Shown here piece after piece: positions 9,426 to 12,655 of a stretch of DNA of 14,613 bases; the first letter of the stretch is position 1, and each line of letters opens with the position of its first letter. Source of the DNA: a virus (Duplodnaviria > Heunggongvirae > Uroviricota > Caudoviricetes > Crassvirales). Where the stretch lies: positions 64,001 to 78,613 of the IMG/VR virus record IMGVR_UViG_3300035698_016817. One strand, given 5' to 3'. The notes beneath the pieces were generated by a model that saw only the letters and a list, made by a program, of their open reading frames with translations, did no database searches and was not told the origin of the DNA. Made by a program: the position numbers and the translations under genes.

Positions 9426-9686
9426 TTAAAATTTTAGACCGTCTGCGGTCGGTTCGATTTTTGAATTGCTTGGGTCGTAGCTGTTTGGGTAAGGGTTTGG
9501 TTCATTCAATCTCTTGAGATCCATTCCTAGCCACATAATAGCTTCCTGAAGTTTTGCGATTGAAATTCTTCTTTCTCTAGAACTAGGAAGAGCCTTTAGT
9601 TTTTGCAAATTTTCATCAAGAGAAACTCTGAGTTCCTTGTTTGATATAACATCTGCTTCGATACTTAAATTCATTTTGTCTGACAT
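9426..9686 (-). CDS. Acb2/Tad1-like helical-hairpin protein (candidate immune-signal sponge)
   Basis: 86 aa. PSSRERRISIAKLQEAIMWL matches, from memory, the SRE..A/I..(L/V)(E/Q)EA.MW helix of Tad1/Acb2-family proteins. Confidence 0.6.
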   Translation of the reverse strand: MSDKMNLSIEADVISNKELRVSLDENLQKLKALPSSRERRISIAKLQEAIMWLGMDLKRLNEPNPYPNSYDPSNSKIEPTADGLKF

Positions 9687-9705
9687 ATCTGATTTTGTTA
9701 TCCGA

Positions 9706-9713
9706 CAAATATA
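9706..9713 (-). promoter_or_regulatory. Bacteroidota -7 promoter box TATATTTG for the Acb2-like to terL operon
   Basis: Exact TAnnTTTG between tRNA-Tyr and the ATG at 9686. Confidence 0.65.
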
Positions 9714-9725
9714 CAGAAATGTTAT

Positions 9726-9810
9726 TGGTAGGACAGATAGGACTCGAACCTATACAGCGTTAACGTCGGGGTTACAACCCGGTGAGCTCATGCCAGTGCT
9801 CAGCTGTCCT
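9726..9810 (-). tRNA. trnY: tRNA-Tyr(GTA), long variable arm, CCA encoded (block A)
   Basis: Acceptor AGGACAG/CTGTCCT, anticodon loop TTGTAAC, T-arm ATAGG-TTCGAGT-CCTAT. Confidence 0.9.
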
Positions 9811-9815
9811 ATTTG

Positions 9816-9902
9816 CAGAGGATATAGGAATCGAACCCTGCCGCTGTTACACGACCGCACCAAGGTTCAAACCTGGCTGGTCACCATTGACCGCTATCCT
9901 CT
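9816..9902 (-). tRNA. trnS: tRNA-Ser(TGA) (block A)
   Basis: Acceptor AGAGGAT/ATCCTCT, G73, loop TTTGAAC, long variable arm. Confidence 0.88.
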
Positions 9903-9910
9903 ATACTCTG

Positions 9911-9993
9911 CAGAAAACGGAGGCCTTGATCCCCAGTCCAGAACGGACCCAGCTCCTTAGCAGGGAGCGCCTACCCAGGTAGGTTCATCTTCT
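9911..9993 (-). tRNA. trnS: tRNA-Ser(GCT), atypical T-loop (block A)
   Basis: GCTCC-CTGCTAA-GGAGC anticodon arm, long variable arm, T-loop ATCAAGG, G73. Confidence 0.8.
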
Positions 9994-9998
9994 GTGTG

Positions 9999-10069
9999 AG
10001 GTACAAGTTGGATTCGAACCAACGTGACAAGGTTTGCAATCTTGCCCCTATCCTCTCGGTCATTGTACC
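9999..10069 (-). tRNA. trnC: tRNA-Cys(GCA) (block A)
   Basis: Acceptor GGTACAA/TTGTACC, U73, loop TTGCAAA. Confidence 0.9.
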
Positions 10070-10074
10070 TTAAG

Positions 10075-10146
10075 ATCTCCGTACCGGAATCGAACCGATT
10101 TATCCTGCTTACAAAACAAGCGCATCGCCATCAATGCTTACAGAGA
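10075..10146 (-). tRNA. trnT: tRNA-Thr(TGT) (block A)
   Basis: Acceptor TCTCTGT/ACGGAGA, loop TTTGTAA, T-loop TTCGATT. Confidence 0.88.
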
Positions 10147-10153
10147 ATATGTG

Positions 10154-10228
10154 TGCCCAAGGATGGAATCGAACCATCGAAAAACAGAGTTTAAGTCTGT
10201 CGCGTAGTCCTGCGTCCGCCACAAGGGC
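10154..10228 (-). tRNA. trnL: tRNA-Leu(TAA), short variable loop (block A)
   Basis: ACAGA-CTTAAAC-TCTGT, 5-nt variable loop, A73. Confidence 0.85.
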
Positions 10229-10233
10229 CAGTG

Positions 10234-10308
10234 TACTCCCAGCAGGGATCGAACCTGCAAAACTCTCGGGCCTAAACCGAGCGACTTTACCTATTTGCCC
10301 ATAGGAGC
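10234..10308 (-). tRNA. trnL: tRNA-Leu(TAG), short variable loop (block A)
   Basis: CTCGG-TTTAGGC-CCGAG, 6-nt variable loop, A73. Confidence 0.85.
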
Positions 10309-10310
10309 TT

Positions 10311-10348
10311 AAAACAAAAAATCCCCGTCCAAATTAATGAGCGGGGAT
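10311..10348 (-). terminator. Intrinsic terminator / attenuator hairpin A, upstream of tRNA block A
   Basis: ATCCCCG...CGGGGAT stem followed by TTTTTGTTTT on the minus strand. Confidence 0.85.
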
Positions 10349-10374
10349 CCAAAATATTGGGTGTACCTACTCCG

Positions 10375-10425
10375 TCACATGGCTGTGTACGATAACGTGA
10401 GTAGGCAATAACTAATCATTTTCAT
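10375..10425 (-). CDS. Leader peptide A, MKMISYCLLTLSYTAM (16 aa), putative attenuator sensor
   Basis: ATG 4 nt after a TAnnTTTG box. Codons AGT TAT TGC CTA CTC ACG TTA TCG TAC ACA match the downstream Ser/Tyr/Cys/Leu/Thr tRNAs. A terminator follows. Confidence 0.8.
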   Translation of the reverse strand: MKMISYCLLTLSYTAM

Positions 10426-10429
10426 GACG

Positions 10430-10437
10430 CAAATATA
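10430..10437 (-). promoter_or_regulatory. Bacteroidota -7 box TATATTTG for leader A / tRNA block A
   Basis: TATATTTG-CGTC-ATG. Confidence 0.75.
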
Positions 10438-10448
10438 AACATAATAAG

Positions 10449-10522
10449 TGGGACAGGCAGGTTTCGAACCATGCTCCTCAAGTTTTTCAGACTAGCGCTT
10501 CTACCAAGTTAGCTTCTGACCC
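10449..10522 (-). tRNA. trnF: tRNA-Phe(GAA) (block B)
   Basis: Loop CTGAAAA, acceptor GGGTCAG/CTGTCCC with one T.T mismatch, A73. Confidence 0.85.
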
Positions 10523-10526
10523 ATTG

Positions 10527-10595
10527 CGCACCCCCAAGGAATCGAACCTTGTCCTACGGTTTTGGAGACCGTTTGGCCACCATGGCCTGAAGTAC
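10527..10595 (-). tRNA. trnW: tRNA-Trp(CCA) (block B)
   Basis: ACGGT-CTCCAAA-ACCGT, T-arm CAAGG-TTCGATT-CCTTG, G73. Confidence 0.85.
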
Positions 10596-10600
10596 GTTTG

Positions 10601-10674
10601 CTCTAGTGACGGGAGTCGAACCCGCTTTCTTCCGATTAACAGTCGGTTGCTTCCGCCATTTCAGCCTCACTAGA
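10601..10674 (-). tRNA. trnN: tRNA-Asn(GTT) (block B)
   Basis: Acceptor TCTAGTG/CACTAGA, loop CTGTTAA, G73. Confidence 0.9.
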
Positions 10675-10676
10675 TG

Positions 10677-10748
10677 TAGTTCCTCTCGGATTCGAACCGA
10701 GGACGCTTGACATGTAACACCAACGCTCTACCACTGAGCTAAGGAACT
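10677..10748 (-). tRNA. trnV: tRNA-Val(TAC) (block B)
   Basis: Acceptor AGTTCCT/AGGAACT, D-stem GCTC/GAGC, unusual loop GTTACAT. Confidence 0.85.
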
Positions 10749-10753
10749 ATGTG

Positions 10754-10825
10754 TGACCCCGGCGAGTACCGATCTCGCGGCCCTTCCCTTAAAAGGGGAA
10801 TGCTCCACCATTGAGCTACGAGGTC
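10754..10825 (-). tRNA. trnK: tRNA-Lys(TTT), atypical T-loop (block B)
   Basis: TTCCC-CTTTTAA-GGGAA, T-arm GCGAG-ATCGGTA-CTCGC. Confidence 0.85.
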
Positions 10826-10835
10826 TTTTAAACGC

Positions 10836-10866
10836 AAAAAATCCCGCTTACTTTCGTAAACAGGAT
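10836..10866 (-). terminator. Intrinsic terminator / attenuator hairpin B, upstream of tRNA block B
   Basis: ATCCTGTTTAC-GAAA-GTAAGCGGGAT (11 bp, GNRA loop) followed by a T-tract. Confidence 0.85.
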
Positions 10867-10893
10867 CAATCTTATTTGGTATAAGTTCTCTGT

Positions 10894-10941
10894 TTACGTT
10901 TCCGTATCCTTAAAGACCTTATTCCAATTAAGTGTTCTCAC
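10894..10941 (-). CDS. Leader peptide B, MRTLNWNKVFKDTET (15 aa, GTG start), putative attenuator sensor
   Basis: GTG 4 nt after TATGTTTG. The run AAT TGG AAT AAG GTC TTT AAG matches the Asn, Trp, Lys, Val and Phe tRNAs downstream. Confidence 0.78.
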   Translation of the reverse strand: MRTLNWNKVFKDTET

Positions 10942-10945
10942 GGTG

Positions 10946-10953
10946 CAAACATA
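10946..10953 (-). promoter_or_regulatory. Bacteroidota -7 box TATGTTTG for leader B / tRNA block B
   Basis: TATGTTTG-CACC-GTG. Confidence 0.72.
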
Positions 10954-10965
10954 AGCATTTTATTG

Positions 10966-11038
10966 AGACCCTACCAGGATTCAAACCTGGATACCTCGGG
11001 TAGAAGCCGAGTGCTCTGTTCAGTTGAGCTATAAGGCC
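10966..11038 (-). tRNA. trnR: tRNA-Arg(TCT) (block C)
   Basis: CTCGG-CTTCTAC-CCGAG, acceptor GGCCTTA/TAGGGTC. Confidence 0.88.
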
Positions 11039-11042
11039 GTTG

Positions 11043-11114
11043 TACGCAACAAAGGATTCGAACCTTCATCTCCGAGTCCGTAGCTCAGCGTGTTGTCCGT
11101 TACACTAATCGCGC
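11043..11114 (-). tRNA. trnR: tRNA-Arg(ACG) (block C)
   Basis: CTGAG-CTACGGA-CTCGG, D-stem GTGT/ACAC. Confidence 0.85.
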
Positions 11115-11118
11115 GTAT

Positions 11119-11196
11119 TGGGGTGTAAGAGGGGACTCGAACCCCCTAATGACCAACTCCACAGATTGGCGCTTCGACCACTTCAGCTTCCTACAC
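11119..11196 (-). tRNA. trnH: tRNA-His(GTG), CCA encoded, position -1 is T (block C)
   Basis: CCAAT-CTGTGGA-GTTGG, acceptor GTGTAGG/CTTACAC, C73. Confidence 0.88.
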
Positions 11197-11198
11197 AG

Positions 11199-11269
11199 TT
11201 CCCAGAGAAGGATTCGAACCTCCGTGACCGGCTTCAAAAACCAGCATCCTGCCGCTAGATGATCCGGGA
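11199..11269 (-). tRNA. trnQ: tRNA-Gln(TTG) (block C)
   Basis: CTGGT-TTTTGAA-GCCGG, acceptor TCCCGGA/TCTGGGA. Confidence 0.85.
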
Positions 11270-11275
11270 ATTAAG

Positions 11276-11347
11276 TACCGAGGGAAGGATTTGAACCTTC
11301 GACCGCTTACGTATCAGGCAAGTGCTCTACCGCTGAGCTACCCAGGT
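11276..11347 (-). tRNA. trnI: tRNA-Ile(GAT) (block C)
   Basis: CTTGC-CTGATAC-GTAAG, D-stem GCTC/GAGC, A73. Confidence 0.88.
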
Positions 11348-11355
11348 ATATTTGT

Positions 11356-11449
11356 TTAAGGTCTGCATGTCTCCCACGGTTCATTGGTGGCGGACGGCAT
11401 GCACTTAAAGAGCTTCTTTTTCCTTGAAACCTTTCACTCTTTACCTTAA
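11356..11449 (-). ncRNA. Unknown structured element (three-way junction) between tRNA-Ala and tRNA-Ile
   Basis: Closing stem TTAAGGT/ACCTTAA. Arms AAAGAGT/GCTCTTT and TGCATG/CATGCA, the latter with an inner CCAC/GTGG. Confidence 0.45.
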
Positions 11450-11450
11450 G

Positions 11451-11520
11451 TGGAGTACGAGGGAGTCGAACCCTAACATTTTCGTTGCAAACGAAATGAC
11501 CTGCCATCGGCATCGCCCCC
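11451..11520 (-). tRNA. trnA: tRNA-Ala(TGC), irregular acceptor stem (block C)
   Basis: TTTCG-TTTGCAA-CGAAA. G3:U70 and A73 retained; the lower acceptor stem is mismatched or bulged. Confidence 0.75.
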
Positions 11521-11532
11521 ATATTCTTTCTG

Positions 11533-11605
11533 TTGGCCCGGTGGGTCACGATCCCACTCTCTTCTTGTTATGAGCAAGATGCTTTCCCCGTTAAGCTACG
11601 CGCCG
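11533..11605 (-). tRNA. tRNA with CAT anticodon, probably Ile2 (lysidine) rather than Met (block C)
   Basis: TCTTG-CTCATAA-CAAGA, C1.A72 mismatch, atypical T-loop ATCGTGA. The Ile2 identity is inferred from the ATA codon in leader C. Confidence 0.75.
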
Positions 11606-11615
11606 ATATGCTATG

Positions 11616-11689
11616 TACCCCGTATGGGATTCGAACCCATGTCCTTCTAGTTGAAAACCAGACGTCCTGAGCCTCTAGACCAACGGGAC
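11616..11689 (-). tRNA. trnE: tRNA-Glu(TTC) (block C)
   Basis: TCTGG-TTTTCAA-CTAGA, T-arm ATGGG-TTCGAAT-CCCAT. Confidence 0.88.
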
Positions 11690-11695
11690 TTAATA

Positions 11696-11772
11696 TGGTT
11701 GCGGGACTGGGATTCGAACCCAGGACCTCTAGGTTATGAGTCTAGCGAGCTGGCCAACTGCTCTATCCCGCA
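11696..11772 (-). tRNA. trnM: tRNA-Met(CAT), fMet-like scaffold but without the three G:C anticodon-stem pairs; CCA encoded (block C)
   Basis: TGCGGGA/TCCCGCA, D-stem GAGC/GCTC, loop CTCATAA. Confidence 0.85.
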
Positions 11773-11779
11773 ATAAATG

Positions 11780-11852
11780 TGCAGTAGGTCAGACTCGAAC
11801 TGACAACCTAGTGCTTGGAAGGCACCCGCTCTGGCGTTGGAGCTACTACTGC
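11780..11852 (-). tRNA. trnG: tRNA-Gly(TCC) (block C)
   Basis: GGTGC-CTTCCAA-GCACT, acceptor GCAGTAG/CTACTGC, A73. Confidence 0.85.
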
Positions 11853-11857
11853 ATTAA

Positions 11858-11990
11858 AAAAGCATGGTGAGGTAAGTTGCCTCTCCTTATGATTGCGTTG
11901 TGGTTGTCTTAACGGTTGTCCTCTGGTGGACGGTCGTCCTTAAGTTAGGCCCTTGCCTTACAATACGCAATATATACTCACTCATGCTTT
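11858..11990 (-). ncRNA. Unknown rod-like structured element between tRNA-Asp and tRNA-Gly, containing a Thr-rich 32-codon ORF (11887-11985)
   Basis: Nested stems AAAGCATG/CATGCTTT, GTGAG/CTCAC, ATTGCGT/ACGCAAT, CTTAA/TTAAG and GGAC/GTCC. Confidence 0.5.
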
Positions 11991-11993
11991 AAG

Positions 11994-12066
11994 CGGTCCT
12001 AGACGGGATCGAACCGACTACCTTCCCGCAGACAACGGGCTATCCTACCATTAGGACCTTAGGACC
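11994..12066 (-). tRNA. trnD: tRNA-Asp(GTC) (block C)
   Basis: Acceptor GGTCCTA/TAGGACC, G73, loop TTGTCTG. Confidence 0.85.
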
Positions 12067-12073
12067 AATATTA

Positions 12074-12123
12074 AGAGCGAAGAGGTCATGAACCCCTTTA
12101 AGTGCTGCAGCACCGAACACTCT
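12074..12123 (-). ncRNA. 50-nt tRNA-like minihelix (acceptor-like stem plus T-arm-like hairpin; no anticodon arm)
   Basis: AGAGTG/CGCTCT, GTGC-TGCA-GCAC, AAGGGG-TTCATGA-CCTCTT. Confidence 0.4.
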
Positions 12124-12125
12124 AG

Positions 12126-12198
12126 TATGGGAAGCAGGGCTCGAACCTACGATCTCCGCGTCCCAAACGCGGCGCGATACCAACTTCGCTATTCCCAT
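12126..12198 (-). tRNA. trnP: tRNA-Pro(TGG), first tRNA of block C
   Basis: CCGCG-TTTGGGA-CGCGG, acceptor ATGGGAA/TTCCCAT, A73. Confidence 0.9.
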
Positions 12199-12203
12199 GT
12201 AAC

Positions 12204-12236
12204 AAAAAAGCCCCTCTCTATTCGAGAAGGGCTTTT
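12204..12236 (-). terminator. Intrinsic terminator / attenuator hairpin C, upstream of tRNA block C
   Basis: AAAAGCCCTTCTC-GAATA-GAGAGGGGCTTTTTT. Confidence 0.88.
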
Positions 12237-12257
12237 GATTTTTTAATGTCTATGTCT

Positions 12258-12344
12258 TTATTTTCTCGAATACATAGAGTTCCCTTTCGTCCCGCCATTG
12301 GCGCGATCCATAATCGGTTGTTCTATATGTCTTCCTGTATTCAT
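12258..12344 (-). CDS. Leader peptide C, MNTGRHIEQPIMDRANGGTKGNSMYSRK (28 aa), putative attenuator sensor
   Basis: Codons 4-15 (GGA AGA CAT ATA GAA CAA CCG ATT ATG GAT CGC GCC) map one-to-one onto the 12 tRNAs of block C. The last codons contain the antiterminator strand. Confidence 0.82.
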   Translation of the reverse strand: MNTGRHIEQPIMDRANGGTKGNSMYSRK

Positions 12345-12352
12345 TGAAGCCT

Positions 12353-12360
12353 CAAAGCTA
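12353..12360 (-). promoter_or_regulatory. Bacteroidota -7 box TAGCTTTG for leader C / tRNA block C
   Basis: TAnnTTTG 8 nt before the leader ATG, overlapping the upstream TAG stop. A TTG lies 20 nt upstream (-33-like). Confidence 0.6.
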
Positions 12361-12564
12361 GTCATCTTTTTTCTTTTCTACAACTATTTCAGGAAGTATT
12401 TCATCTTCTATTTCAGCTGTTGGTTTTCTAATCTTTTTTTCAAGAGCTATTTGAAAATCAATGAACCCTTCTTTTCCCGTGTAACAAGAGGGGCCTATCT
12501 TGTAAGACCCTGGCTTTATTTCCTTGTTCATTTTTTCTCTGGCACTCTTCTCCCACTTTTCCAT
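12358..12564 (-). CDS. Hypothetical 68-aa protein
   Basis: Protein-like composition (GSYKIGPSCYTGKEGFIDF). Stop lies just before leader C. Confidence 0.55.
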   Translation of the reverse strand: MEKWEKSAREKMNKEIKPGSYKIGPSCYTGKEGFIDFQIALEKKIRKPTAEIEDEILPEIVVEKKKDD

Positions 12565-12655
12565 TTTGATATTTTTTAAAGTTTTTGATTGCTTCTTTTT
12601 GAGCCATTATGGCTATGTATCCCGACATTCCTCTTTGTCTTGGGTTCTTTATCAT
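12458..12655 (-). CDS. Possible small basic protein coupled to the spanin-like gene; overlaps the next ORF by 107 nt
   Basis: ATGA overlap with the stop at 12652. The large overlap with 12358-12564 makes one of the two doubtful. Confidence 0.35.
   Translation of the reverse strand: MIKNPRQRGMSGYIAIMAQKEAIKNFKKYQNGKVGEECQRKNEQGNKARVLQDRPLLLHGKRRVH

Noticed and set aside
9637-9982. Plus-strand ORFs 9637-9960 and 9782-9982
   Set aside because: Antisense to tRNA-Tyr/Ser genes; no protein-like features.
11347-11354. TATATTTG on the plus strand, a possible antisense promoter into block C
   Set aside because: Single 8-mer in an AT-rich spacer overlapping the tRNA-Ile 5' end; no supporting ORF or terminator, so chance is plausible.
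11307-11549. 80-aa minus-strand ORF in the track
   Set aside because: Overlaps tRNA-Ala, tRNA-Ile and the CAT tRNA; a chance frame in GC-richer RNA genes.
9720-12200. Repeating ttcgaacc-like words about every 75 nt, suggesting a CRISPR or tandem array
   Set aside because: These are tRNA T-loops; each sits in a full cloverleaf with a distinct anticodon.
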